64,000 bases of DNA from Hemiscyllium ocellatum (taxonomy: Eukaryota): positions 94,164,328-94,228,327 of the forward strand of contig NC_083411.1 of assembly GCF_020745735.1 (NCBI RefSeq), given 5' to 3'. Under the pieces are notes generated by a model. It did not search any database. It was not told the origin of the DNA and was given only the letters and a program-made list of their open reading frames with translations. Position numbers and translations under genes: made by a program. Below are positions 12,351 to 24,630 of this stretch, in pieces; position 1 is the stretch's first letter, and every line of letters starts with the position of its first letter.

Positions 12351-13611
12351 GCTCGTGTGGATGAGTGGACTGAAAAGTCTGTTTCTGCAGTGTATGACTC
12401 TATATCACCTTGGCAGAATATTAACCTTTGAATGATCTCTACCAAATTTACTAAGTAGAGCTTAAGATTCTCTTTGAATATCATCTTTGTCACCTTCTGT
12501 GGAATTTTTGTTGTATCTATTTTACTGTATCTCTATGGACCTTGATACGTGTAGGCCCTTATCGTACTGTGCATCTCAGATAAACATCCTTCTCTTCACA
12601 GATACTGACTGACCAACTGAGTGTCTCCAGCACTTTATTTTTACTTTACTTTCTCTATATTGGTGCTATGTCGCTGGTGATAAGAAAGCCATAGGTTATA
12701 TCCAACAACATCATTTCACAGCACTCAAGCACATTTTGAAGTGATGTACATTATGTCACCAACCACTGTTGTATGAAATGTTTACACAGCTAAACATTTA
12801 TCCACACAAAAAACAGAGTTGCAGAAAGTCTGGGGAAGTTATTGAATATTTTCATTTATTTTACAGTGAACATGAAACATATATGCCAACCATGGACAGT
12901 TTATGTTGATATTCAATGTAAATTTATGTCAACTTGTCATATGGAAACACAATTGTCAGTAGTATCACACTTATTTTTCATACTCTGAATTAGGAAAGTA
13001 ATCAGACCTATAAATGTAGTTATTCCATTTGCGTATGCTATTCCTGAACACCTATTCTGCCCCATCTCATAGGAGAGACAAAAGTTAACGCTGAGGCACA
13101 TGCAATTCAAGGAACATCAACAACAAAACAAAAATTCTCTCTGACCCTTCAAACGCAATTGGAAAATCCCAAAAAGTTCTAAACTACTGGCTATTGCCAC
13201 AGATTATACCATCCTTCTACTATGATTTCCAAAAATAGTTTAACATCTTTTTAAGGACTGTAACGTGGCTGTACTATCAATCAGGTTATGTTAAGGTGAG
13301 GCTGAGGCTATCAGAACAATTTTTAACAAGAGGATGACATAAATGGAGAGCTGGTGGAATCGAAGACTGTCAGCCTCAAGCAGAGCCTTTCAAGTGTGGG
13401 TCACGGAAAATTGCTCGAGACAGTCTATTTTGTTGGAGACAAGACCGAGATCTAGAAGAACAAATTAGATAATATTTCCTCCTGCTGCCGTTCTTAAACT
13501 AATAAGGCAGATTGTTGTTTTGTTAACCAAGCTGTTAATTTCTGAGTCAGTTATGGCAGTTTTCCCATTTAGTGTATACCTCCAAGGGAACTACCTAAAT
13601 CTACCTAAAAT

Positions 13612-13692
13612 CATGGAAATACTCAGCAGGTCTGGCAGCACTTGCGTACAGAGAAACAATTAACATTTCGAGTCAATAATCTATCATCAGCA
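13612..13692 (-). mobile_element. Penelope-derived terminal repeat fragment with degenerate hammerhead motif
   Basis: The minus strand reads CTGATGA..GACTC-GAAA-TGTT. Same family as the hairpin at 28807-28986. Confidence 0.55.
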
Positions 13693-14599
13693 CACAAAAG
13701 TGTTTGAAATGTACCAGCTTTTAAGAATGTAGCAGCCAGAAAACAGCTTGAAAAGACAAGAGAACAAAATTGAATTTCTGTTATAGTGTAATGAAACCAT
13801 TTTACTTGGAACAAATAAATGAAAATATCCAATAACTTCCCCAAACTTTCTGCAAACTGCAATTTTTGCATGGATAGAGGTTTAACTGTGTAAACATTTC
13901 TTACAACAGTGGTTGATGATGTAACGTACAACTCAAAAACAATAAGGATCTGATACTCCAACACGGACAGTATAAGCCAATATTTCCCTCTGTTACACTT
14001 TATAATCCAATTAGTTTTCAAACTAGGTATTGATTCAAGCCATGTGAAGGTGCAGGATATATGATCGTTCTCCATTATTATCCAAGCTTACATTTGTTAT
14101 TTTAATCTCTTACTACAATCTGTGTTGATCCATTTAGCTTGAACATTGGTACAAAAAAAAACTGTCCATTACAGCACATAAAATGATTTTTTATGCACAG
14201 ATGATCTTTATTTGTGTGAAGCAAAAATAGATTTAGGGTAGTCATAATTTACACTGCATTCAAGGATAATAATTTTCAGAATTCCAGCCATTGATTTGTG
14301 AACTACTGCCATCTAGTGCAGTAAAATTGATCTAAAACATCCAAAAGTATGAGTACTGATTCCTGAAAAGCAAAAGAAAAACATAGAACAAGCATGATAA
14401 TAAACAAACAGTCTATTTGAATTCGGAAAGAGAACTCAAATACATCTGGTGCAGTTCTATTCCTCCAATGTTTTGATCAAAAACTTAAATCCGCTCACTA
14501 ATAATTACAAATTATCACAACACAGGACAACATACACCCTTCATTTAGGTCCATTGCATGCATGGCATGAAAGGTGAATGAGCCCATTGCACAAAACGG

Positions 14600-14661
14600 A
14601 GGGTCGGTGTGGACTTGTTGGGCCAAAGGGCCTGTTTCCACACTGTAGGAAATCTAATCTA
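14600..14661 (+). mobile_element. HE1 SINE 3' fragment
   Basis: gggtcggtgtggacttgttgggcc..cactgtag plus an (aatct)n tail. Confidence 0.75.
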
Positions 14662-15113
14662 AAAAAAACGTTGATTGTCTTGCTTTCATAAGTTCACTAG
14701 TTCAGCTTTAGTAGTTTACATAAGCATATAAGAACATAAAAATTAGGAAAAGGATTAGGTTATCTGACCCTTCGAGCCTGCTCTGCCATTTAACAAATTC
14801 ATGGCTGATCTTTTCATAGACTCAGATCCTCTTAGCGAGTCATAGAGATGTACAGCATGGAAACAGACCCTTTGGTCCAACCAGTCCATGCCGACCAGAT
14901 ATCCCAACCCAATCTAGTCCCACCTGCCAGCACCCGGCCCATATCCCTCCAAACACGTCCTACATATACCCATCCAAATGCCTCTTAAATGTTGTAATTG
15001 TACCAGCCTCCACCACATCCTCTGGCAGCTCATTCCATACACGTAGCACCCTCCGCGTGAAAACGTTGCCCCTTAGGTCTCTTTTATATCTTTCCCCTCT
15101 CACCCTAAACCTA

Positions 15114-15428
15114 GGGTGGCACAGTGGTTAGCACTGCTGCCTCACAGCGCTCGAGACCCGGGTTCAATTCCCACCTCAGGCGACTGACTGTGTGGAGTTT
15201 GCACGTTCTCCCCATGTCTGCGTGGGTTTCTTCCAGGTACTCCAGTTTCCTCCCACAGTCCAAAGATGTGCAGGTCAGATGAATTGGCCATGCGAAATTG
15301 CCCATAGTGTTAGGTAAGGGGGTAAATGTATGGGGGTATGGGTGGGTTGCGCTTCACCGGGTCGGTGTGGACTTGTTGGGCTGAAGGGCCTGTTTCCACA
15401 CTGTAAGTAATCTAATCTAATCTAATCT
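15114..15428 (+). mobile_element. HE1-type tRNA-derived V-SINE, near full length
   Basis: A-box tggcacagtggttag, B-box gggttcaattcc, V-domain ctgtgtggagtttgcacgttctccc and (ctaat)n tail. Confidence 0.9.
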
Positions 15429-15883
15429 ATGCCCTTTAGTTCTGGACTCCCCAACACCAGGGAAAAGACTTTGTCTATTTATCCTATCCATGCCCCTCAT
15501 ACTTTTGTAAACTTCTCAAATGTCACCCCTCAGCCTCTGACGCTCCAGAGAAAACAGCCCCAGCCTGTTCAGCATCGTCCAACCCTGGCAGCATCCTTGT
15601 AAATCTTTTCTGAACCCTTTCAAGTTTCACAACATCTTTCCGATAGGAAGGAGACCAGAATTGCACACAATATTCCAACAGTGGCCTAACCAATGTCCTG
15701 TACAACCGCAACATGACCTCCCAACTCCTGTACTCAATACTCTGACCAATAAAGAAAAGCATACCAAACACCTTCTTCACTATCCTATCTACCTGCGACT
15801 CCACTTTCAAGGAGCTATGAACCTGCACTCCAAGATCTCTGTATTCAGCAACACCCCCTTGGACCTTACCATTAAGTGTATAA

Positions 15884-16090
15884 AAAGTGAGGTCTGCAGA
15901 CGCTGGAGATCAGAGCTGAAAATGTGTTGCTGGTTAAAGCGCAGCAGGTCAGGCAGCATCCAAGGAACAGGAAATTCGACACTTCGGGCAAAAGCCCTTC
16001 CTGATGAAGGGCTTTTGCCCGAAACGTCGAATTTCCTGTTCCTTGGATGCTGCCTGACCTGCTGCGCTTTAACCAGCAACACATTTTCAG
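15884..16090. mobile_element. Penelope-derived fold-back insertion with ~14-bp TSD
   Basis: 86-nt inverted arms at 15915-16000 and 16006-16091 (2 mismatches). Flanking direct repeat cattaagtgta(t/a)aa at 15870-15883 and 16091-16104. Confidence 0.85.
15998..16031 (+). ncRNA. Minimal type I hammerhead ribozyme motif
   Basis: UUC-CUGAUGA-A-GGGC(UUUU)GCCC-GAAA-C-GUC^GAA: intact catalytic core, 4-bp stem II, palindromic ACGU stem III. Predicted cleavage after 16028. Confidence 0.75.
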
Positions 16091-17329
16091 CATTAAGTGT
16101 AAAAGTCCTGCTAAGATTTGCTTTCCCAAAATGCAGCACCTCGCATTTATTGGAATTAAACTCCATCTGCCACTTCTCAGCCCATTGGCCCATCTGATCC
16201 AGATCCTCTCACCATATCCCTTAATTCCTTTACTGTTCAAAATAAAATCTATCTTAGCTCTAAAACTGTTGACTGAAGTAGTGACAACTACTCCACTGGG
16301 CAAGGAATTCCATAGATTTACAATCTTCTGGGGTTTTACATGCTGAATTAGATAATTAAAGGATATGAGAATAGTGCAAGAAGGTGGAGTGAGGTAGAAG
16401 TTCAGCCTTTTCTCACCAGCTCGGGTTCTATAAGGGCAGTTTGCACATCATGTATCAGTAAATAATGACTAATTGTTGATTTTGATTCAATTTGCTTAAT
16501 GTGACAAGCTAAGCTTCTGCTATTAATGACCATATTAGGGTATCACCACAGTTAAGATTCTGTAACGGGGGGAGAATTCAGGTTTGATCTTAGCATTCAG
16601 TTGGTTTCCAAATTTGAGTGGTAAAAGAGAGGGAGAAACAGCTCACTCTAAACAATGCTTTGCAATCCTCAGAAAAAGCCCAAGGACAACAGAAGAAAAA
16701 TAAATAGTACGAGTCCTTTTCTGTACGAAAGAATTGGTGGACTGACACATCCACACACCAGAATAACAATTACAATAACTTACCTTGATAGTTTTTAAGT
16801 TTATCTAGAAATTAAAAGCCAAATCAATGAAATTGACTTTATATACAGGGAATGTAAATCTATATTATCATAAACACAAAAGGTAGAGTCTCATAATTAA
16901 CTATACATACATCGCAGAAAGGACTGTCTGCATCGACATCAAAATAGCTCCTTAAAATTGCAAAGTTATGTCAACACAAGCCTATTCATTCACCTCACAA
17001 AGCCATGTTGGCAAAGGTTTAGGATCAGAGAACCTACTATAAATAAAGTGACAACAGTATGAGAAAAGCAGCTGATTGATGAGTAGTTGGTATTTCATGT
17101 TTTAATAAATAAATTATTTCTGTTAAAACATTCAATAGGCATGACAAGGCATCAGGGTTCATGTGGTGTTCATTTTTTGATCGACTTGGGAACTCCAGTA
17201 TGTTTCTCTTACCCCAAATGTCTCTCAGTGCAGAAAATGTTGTCAGCCTGAACAGCTCTTATACCAGGTTTCCAAACTTGAGTGGCAGCTGAAATTGTGC
17301 TCAATTGCATATCTGAGGCATAAAGCACA

Positions 17330-17930
17330 ATAGCTGACAACAGTGTGGTAAGTCTACAAGGCTGAGTTCTTCATGCATACCATGTATCTTGATGTGTTCA
17401 CGTAATTCCTTCGGTTATGTGGGTAGACTGGGAATGGGTGACCACAAAGGCATTCAAAGAACACAATAGGCAGCAAAGTTCAGAACACATTTCAGTCTAA
17501 CCAGTATTTGTTTCATAGTAGTGAGTGATGATTCCTTTGAGGAATCTAACTAGGGACAACTCCACAGGTGTCTCAGCTGTTTAGTGGCAGAAGAAAATTT
17601 GGGAAAACAATACTGTTAAGGGATTCTATAGTTGGAGGACAAATATTTGCAGCCACTGACATTGATCTAAGATAGCATGTTGCCTCCTTGATGCCAGAAT
17701 TAATTAAGTCACTGAGCAGCTGCAAAACACTCATGAGGAGGCTACCCAGCAAATGTGATCCATGTCAGATACAAATTGCAAAGAAAAACGAGGCCCCACA
17801 TGAAGATTTTAGGAAGAGAACTAACCAGCAGAACCATAAACTCACCAAAATGCTCCTAGTGCTATCTGCTAGCCAGAAAAGGACAGACGAATTAATGACT
17901 GGGTAAACAGTGCAGGAAGACAGACTTCTG
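17330..17930 (+). mobile_element. Highly degenerate CR1 ORF1-like fragment
   Basis: Remnants of the GDSIV and C.LP(G)A esterase-like motifs (gggattctatagtt, tgttgcctcc). Confidence 0.45.
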
Positions 17931-18425
17931 ATTTCTGCAACACCAAAAATCAATTGAAGGAAGACTGTATCTGTACAAGGTAGACAGTCACAAATCTGAT
18001 CATGTTTAATAAGTGTTTTAAACAACTTGTCAAATGATGTAAATCTAGAGGTTATTTCAGAGGAAAAACACATTGCACATAGAACTGGCCAAGACAGATG
18101 ACATTATAGTTAAGCAATAGCGTGGAATTAAGTGAAGTCAGAGGGATTGGAGGAAGATCAAATTTAGTTTTGTATTTTCTAACCAACCTGTTCACAGGTG
18201 GTATGACAACTCTGGGGCAGGTGGGACTGGAACCCTTCTCTTCTAGCTCAGAGTTAGGTTCAATACCACATTGCCACAAGTACCCTTCTAAATTAGTTTA
18301 TGTTTATGAATATACAGGCTGTGGTAAACAGGTTTGCTGAGCTGCAGTCTCAGATTGCCACTGTGACTGCAATATTATGACAATGGAGAACTGCCTCAAA
18401 AATAGACAGTCATTAAAGTCTGCCG

Positions 18426-18573
18426 TTGGAAAAAGCAGGCAGGTCAGACAGCATCTGAGGAGGAGTGCAGTCGACGGTTCGGGGAGGACTCTTCACCAGC
18501 ACATAGGAAGGGTCCTCCCAAAACATCAACTCTCCTCCTCAGATGCTGCCTGATCTGCTGTGCTTTTTCCAAT
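18426..18573. mobile_element. Degenerate Penelope-derived fold-back hairpin
   Basis: Inverted arms ttggaaaaagcaggcaggtcagacagcatctgaggagg / cctcctcagatgctgcctgatctgctgtgctttttccaa, with a decayed hammerhead core at the centre. Confidence 0.7.
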
Positions 18574-19746
18574 GCCATTACTTTATTGACTCAAAAATAG
18601 GCAGAACTGGGATTAAATACTCCCGTGCACAAAGTGTTCAAAAATAATGATGAAAATATGCAATAGGGATGGCTGTATTTACAAAAAAATGTGTATGGGA
18701 TAGTGAGAGGATACCTTGGAGTTATTGAGGACAATTAATTTGGGTAGAATGGAGCAATAACAGATCTCTAAACTGCAGGCAGTTCTCCTATAACACAATA
18801 GTTGCATTCCTGTGCCATGTCATGTTATAGAAAATTGTACAATAGAAGTAATGAGGCCTGTGGGAAATACTGAGTTCGGGACTCCAGTTTAATGAGCCTG
18901 CCCATTTCTGGTCTGTTACAGAAATACAAAGTTGTTATAAGTGAAAATTCCTGATATATTGTTAGATTCCCAGCTCCTAGTGGAGTGGAGTTTATCCAGA
19001 ATCTGGCTCTCTGCCATTAAACTTTGTGAAACATTCATAAGTTTTGTTTGGCATGAGTAAAATCTGGGAGTGGGATTCTCTGAACGGCTGGAGGTTTGGG
19101 TCTCTGGTTTCAGAGAGAATGAAGGGCTGAGACCCTCAGTTTCACCCCCCTTTCAAATTGAGACTGGGTGAACTTGGATGAGGCATAACTTGATGAGTGG
19201 GGTGGGAAGCCAATGGTTTGCCCATTGTATCATGCTACCCCTCCCCAAATACATACACTCGCGTGTAATGTCACTGCATCTTGAAGCTTCAGACAGCTAG
19301 CAATTGAGCCTCTGCTTAACAAAAGGTCTGACTTACTCACCAACAATCGCTGGACATTACTGCATTTGCACCTTCTTTCGCTCCTTATCTCTCTCTCCTC
19401 ACTCTTTGGCAACCCACTAACTCCATGCATGATTCATGTAAGCATTCCAGCAAAATATTCCAATGGACACTTCTGCAATCTTAGTCGTAGATAGAAGCAA
19501 AAAAATAATACACACACAGATGACAACTTGTTGCACTAGATCAGGCATACAGAATAAAGTGAGGCTAATACTATTGATTAGTCATAGACATCCAATCCAA
19601 TTGATTAGAAGGGACAGTAGCAAAGTGGATAAATTGCTGCCTGACTGGCAGGTAATAGACAGCCATGGATATGTTTTTTTTGTATTGGTGGTAAGTAGAG
19701 AGTGAGGCTCCTCACCTATGGGATCAGTAGAGGGGTGGCAGTGATT

Positions 19747-19956
19747 ATGTGGTGCTGGAAAAGCAGTGGGTCAGGCAGCATCCAAGGAGCAGGAGAATCG
19801 ATGTTTCGGGCACGAGCCCTTCTTCAGGAATTCTTGAAGAAGGGCTCATGCCTAAAACGTCGATTCTCCTGTTCCTTGGATGCTGCCTGACCTGCTGCGC
19901 TTTTACAGCAACACATTTTCAGATCTGATCTCCAGCATGTGCAGTCCTCACTTTCT
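19747..19956. mobile_element. Penelope-derived fold-back hairpin with head-to-head hammerhead motifs
   Basis: Palindrome centred on GAATTC at 19828-19833. Minus strand AUUC-CUGAAGA-A-GGGC(UCGU)GCCC-GAAA-C-AUC. The plus-strand copy has a mutated core. Confidence 0.8.
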
Positions 19957-19958
19957 TC

Positions 19959-20243
19959 TGGCACAGTGATTAGCACTGCTGCCTCACAGCACCAGGGAGC
20001 CGGGTTCGATTCCAGCCTCGGGCGACTGTCTGTGTGGAGTTTGCACATACTCCCTGTATCTGCGTGGGTTTCCTCCCACAGCCCAAAGATGTGCAGGTCA
20101 GGTGAATTGGCCAGGCTAAATTGCCCATAGTGATAGATGCATTAGAGAGGATAGGTGAACGGGTCTGGGTGGGTTACTCTTCAGAGAGTCGGTGTGGACT
20201 TGTTGGGCCAAAGGGCCTGTTTCCATAGTATAGGGAATCTAAT
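19959..20243 (+). mobile_element. HE1-type V-SINE
   Basis: A/B boxes, V-domain and 3' tail as in 15114-15428. Confidence 0.85.
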
Positions 20244-20329
20244 CCTCAAATTAGTCCTCACCCACAGGGTACAATTTCAAAATTTGCAATTAACAAAACA
20301 CTTGGCAGCACAGTGATCTCAGTGATAAA

Positions 20330-21075
20330 AGTAGACCAATTGGTTAGAAGGCAGACATGGCAGAAAGGTTTAATACAGAGGCAGATTTTGTCAGCAAGGA
20401 TAAGATACAAGAGCTTCAGGTGCAAAGGAACCTGGGAACGTAAGAAAAAAAGATGCCAAAGGTGGCAGGTTGAGAAAGCGATTTATAAGGCAATGAAAAT
20501 CCTGGGGTTTGAGTGGAGGCACAGATGTAAAATCAAGTTCAATAAACTTCTATAAAACACAGATTTGGCTTCAAGTGAAGTAATTTGTTCAATTCTGGGC
20601 ACTACACTCTAGGAAGAACAAAATGGCATCACAGAAAGTGCAGTAAAGACTTATGAAAATTATTCCAGGCTAAGGAACTTCAATAATGTGGTTAGAGTGG
20701 AGAAGCTATCCTCAAAGTTGTGGTGAGATCCAATGGAGGTGTCCAAAATCATAAGCTGTCTGGATAACTGCAGGGAGAAACTGCTGTCACCAGAAGAAGC
20801 ACAAGAACAAGAGCATACCAACGTAAAGTGAACAGCATAAGTTCTATAGGCAACACAAGGAAAAATCCTTCTAAACCACAATATAGTGAGCGTTTAAAGT
20901 CTGGAATGTATAGTGGAGGCAAATTCTATCCTGGCTTTCTAAATGGCGATTATTTGAAGAGAAAAAGATCTGCAGTGCTATAAGTAAAAGGCAGGAAAGT
21001 AAGACTAGCCGAATTGCTCTTGTAGAATGCAGATGTGGACCCATAAGCCAAATGATTGCCTTCTAGGTTGTAAAG
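20330..21075 (+). mobile_element. Old degenerate CR1 LINE 3' region
   Basis: Residual similarity to the CR1 ORF2 end (caattctggg..ctaggaag) and 3' UTR. Confidence 0.55.
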
Positions 21076-21251
21076 ATTCTGTAAAAGCTAATTATTTTAT
21101 AAAATCCACAAAAATTGAGAAACACATGTCATTGAGTGTAAAAGTATTTTATATCAACATTATTATAATATTGAAAGTACTATCACTGCCAACAAATCTA
21201 CAATATGTTGAGGACATCAGAAACATGTGGTTGAAATTTAGTAGTTCAAAT

Positions 21252-22454
21252 TCATTTTAAAATATGTTGCACTTTCTTCATTTTACAATTGTCTTGATCT
21301 TTGCTTTGTTCTTTATAAGTCCTTTCTAATCTGTTGAACAGAAGTCCTGGATCAGGCCCCAGTTTTCTTCCTTCAAAAAGACATACATTATTATGATATT
21401 TAGCCAAGAAATTCAATTGTCTCCAACTTCGTTCCTGTAGTCCAACAGCCAACCGCGAAAGCAATCTGTCAGCAATTGTTGGGATCACTGGCTGTAAAAG
21501 GGTTCCATAAATGCGTAAGCACTCCAAAGTCACATGAAGTATTGTATCCAACCAGCAACAATCTTCAATGCTTTTTCGGTCAAGTTTCCAGGGAGCATGC
21601 CGTTGGAAAAAGCCATTGGTTAACCGAATGCAAAAACTGATAGCTTCCAGAGCTTTATAAATTTGAAAATTTTCAAAGTAATGCTCAACTTTTAAAGGAA
21701 GTTGCTCAACCAACTGGATCATTGTGTAATCCTCAGTTGTTGCTCTGCTTGAATCACCCATGCAGGGCATTTTAGGAAAACACTGGTTTGAAAAATGTGA
21801 GTAGATTTGGTCAGGATTCATGCGTGTGCCTGTACACCGGTTAAGGAGGCCTCCCAATGCATCTGCAAGCTCTGCGTTTAGAACTTTAAGCACTTTATCA
21901 TCATAATAGTCACAGTCTGTTTCTGGTACACCTTGCCGTAGCAAAAAATATCTGAAGCCATCAGCAGTGTACACAGAAAATTGTTGCAGGGGATCAATAA
22001 CATTTCCAAGGCTTTTGGACATCTTCTGGCCATTGACTGTCCAATGTGAATGTACACAGATTTGCTTTGGTAATTGCAGACCAGCTGCCATCAGGAAAGC
22101 AGGCCAATATACAGCATGGAACTTAAGAATATCTTTTCCAACAATGTGTTTTACTCTAGGCCACAAATGATTGTGATCCTTTGGGTAACCTGCTACAGTA
22201 AGGTAATTAACTAAGGCATCGAGCCACACATAAATTGTTTGCGTTGAATCTCCAGGAACTGGGATACCCCACTTCAAACGATTCCTCTGTCGTGACACTG
22301 ATAAGTCTGGAATTTCTTCCTGAAGCCAATGGACAACAATGTGATGGAATTTTTCAGGATATATCGCATGTGGATTCTCCTTTAACCACTCTAACAACAT
22401 AGGCCTGATCTTAGACAGTCTGAACACGTAATTTTTTTCTTTAGTCCATTCTAC
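21252..22454 (-). CDS. MARS2: Mitochondrial methionyl-tRNA synthetase, exon 3 (last)
   Basis: Acceptor ctacag|GTA at 22455/22454. Contains [30 protein letters not shown] and the class I KMSKS motif. TGA at 21252-21254. Confidence 0.96.
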   Translation of the reverse strand, partial: VEWTKEKNYVFRLSKIRPMLLEWLKENPHAIYPEKFHHIVVHWLQEEIPDLSVSRQRNRLKWGIPVPGDSTQTIYVWLDALVNYLTVAGYPKDHNHLWPRVKHIVGKDILKFHAVYWPAFLMAAGLQLPKQICVHSHWTVNGQKMSKSLGNVIDPLQQFSVYTADGFRYFLLRQGVPETDCDYYDDKVLKVLNAELADALGGLLNRCTGTRMNPDQIYSHFSNQCFPKMPCMGDSSRATTEDYTMIQLVEQLPLKVEHYFENFQIYKALEAISFCIRLTNGFFQRHAPWKLDRKSIEDCCWLDTILHVTLECLRIYGTLLQPVIPTIADRLLSRLAVGLQERSWRQLNFLAKYHNNVCLFEGRKLGPDPGLLFNRLERTYKEQSKDQDNCKMKKVQHILK

Positions 22455-22964
22455 CTGTAGATCAGAAACACAGTTTAGAACAAATTTATTTCAAGAGATA
22501 AAAGCAGCTTCAATTTTCCCAAGGTAATGATTGCATGCTTTTCATTAGATAGAGTAAATGGTCCTTGTGGACAGACTAAGTTTTATTTATATAAATGTAA
22601 AATATCACCTCTATTAAACGTGCCCAGTACACACAGCTCACAAAGATCACAAATGATGCAGCAGCATGATCTTTCAAGATTAGACAAAGGCATATTTTTA
22701 AAAACAATGCAGAGGAATGTTTATTCATCAGCAACCTCATTTATGGCAATTAAAGCATTACAGAAGTAAAAAAGTGAACTAAAAAGACTAAAAATGCTGA
22801 TTCTGCACATAGCAACATATTGAATAGCCAAATATGTTGTTCCTTTCCATTAACATCTACCCCAGTGTACAGATCTCAAATAATGCTCCTAACATAAAGT
22901 ACTGATTAGATCTGAACATTGACCATAGTACTGAACATCCTAACAATATCATATATAGGTTTAC

Positions 22965-23299
22965 CTTATGTCCACTTTCCAAAGACACTTTAATAATATT
23001 CCCATCTGAGCCTTTTCTTTCCACAACTTGCGAATCAGACAGGAATGTCTCATCTGGAACAGAATACCATCCCTCATATGTCCCTTGGTAGAGGTATCCT
23101 TTCTCACGCAAGACACACCAAAAATGTTGGACAGCATTTTTGTGACGCTCTTCTGTGGTTCGAATGTAATCGGTGTATGAAACTAGGGATTGTTGGAATA
23201 ACATCCTGAAATCTTTGGACACTCTGGAACAAAATTCCAATGGGTCTTCAGCTGCAGCATCTGCAGCTTGTTGAATCTTCAGGCCATGCTCATCTGTCC
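22965..23299 (-). CDS. MARS2: Mitochondrial methionyl-tRNA synthetase, exon 2
   Basis: tttcag|GG acceptor. GTDEHGLKIQ..YTDYIRTTEERH..YEGWYSVPDETF..SLESGHK. Donor AAG|GTAAAC. Phases fit exons 1 and 3. Confidence 0.95.
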
Positions 23300-23699
23300 C
23301 TGAAATAATTTACAAAGTGATGTTACACAAGACTACCTAGTACTGTAGGTACTACAGTAGTAGTACTACTTAGTACTGTAGTGTAGCTATCAACATCAGA
23401 ATACACATCTGCCTAGAGTTTGCCCTCAGTGATAAAATAATTGGTTTAGCTGGTCACTTTCTTCACAACTTCCACCAGACCTTTTGCAGGCTTTTCAGCA
23501 GCATTTCCAATTTGCCAGACTTTTGTTTCAGTGCAGCACCCTCAACAGAGGGTCAGTAATGGAGCAAGCAAAAGGGACACCCAATGAGATCAAAGCATCT
23601 TCACTAAAACAATGCCCAAAACCAACAAAATAGATAAAATAAATTACATTTAAGTCCTGTAAAAAGGAAAGAAAATAAATTATTGCATCTATGTTTCCA

Positions 23700-24450
23700 A
23701 ACTAAGGGAGAGATAAGAGCTATCGGAAAAAGTAAACATGGGATAGAGGAACAATTGGATCTGAGAGGACTAATAACATCAACCACTGAAAGGTACAACA
23801 CAAATTGGCAAGGTCACAAGCAAATCAAGCATGAGGTTTTGCTTCAAGAGGACAGAACTGAAAATTCTGGAAGTTATGCTAAACCTCCATCAAATCCCTG
23901 TTAGACCACATCTAAAAAGGGTACTGCATGCAGTTCTGGTCCCCATACTGTACAGAGGATTTGGAGACATTGGTGAGGGTGCAGAGAATATTTATCAGGG
24001 TGATACCAGAAATGCATGGAAATACATATCTGGAAAGTATAAACGAGCTTGGTCTCTTTTCTCATGCGATAAGAGGTTAAGAATAGGCCTGGTAGTGGTC
24101 ACTAAAAAATAAATGAAAGGTTTTGATACAATAGATGGAAAGAAAGTATCCTCTTTTGGGAGGGATCACCAATATAAGATAGGCAGCAAGAAATCAAAAA
24201 AGTATTCAGGAAAAAACAAACTTCACCCAAAGAATGGTAACATTGTGGACCACACTGCCACTGAGTGAGAGACTAATTAACATTCAAAGAGAAAGTAGAC
24301 AACAATATATAAAAAAAAGAGAAAGGAACAGCTGGTACAATAGTAGGTTCAGTTGAGAAATGATGGGAGGTGGTTTGAGCACAGCATAAATACCAATACA
24401 GCTGTTTTTCTCCACTGTCTTTTGTAATCCTTTGCCAGTTAATGAGATTC
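23700..24450 (+). mobile_element. Old degenerate CR1 LINE 3' region in MARS2 intron 1
   Basis: Contains ttagaccacatct..tgcagttctggtcccca..ttcacccaaagaatggtaa, typical of the CR1 ORF2 end. Confidence 0.55.
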
Positions 24451-24630
24451 CACATGCAAAATTAATTCTTTAGATCCAGTTCAATAATTTTCATTAATTA
24501 CACATCAAGAACTTTTTCCTGATGTCAATGGTTACAACTGTCTTCAGCGCAGAGCTAGCTGATGTGATTTCAGCATTGAGTTCACGGAAATGTACACCCT
24601 GAGAGGAATAGGGTATTGCTGACAGCAAAT

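Larger units (their letters stand above)
14836..16205 (-). mobile_element. Young CR1 LINE 3' portion hosting two nested insertions
   Basis: ORFs 15523-15828 and 15807-16193 match CR1 RT C-terminal segments. Interrupted by the SINE at 15114-15428 and the fold-back at 15884-16090. Confidence 0.9.

Noticed and set aside
15114-15190. tRNA genes at SINE heads (also 19959, 27202, 38664)
   Set aside because: The A/B boxes continue into the V-SINE body and tail, so these are not stand-alone tRNAs.
16561-17330. Possible LTR starting TGTAAC (similar impression at about 18910-19230)
   Set aside because: No matching CA terminus with a TSD could be identified by eye.
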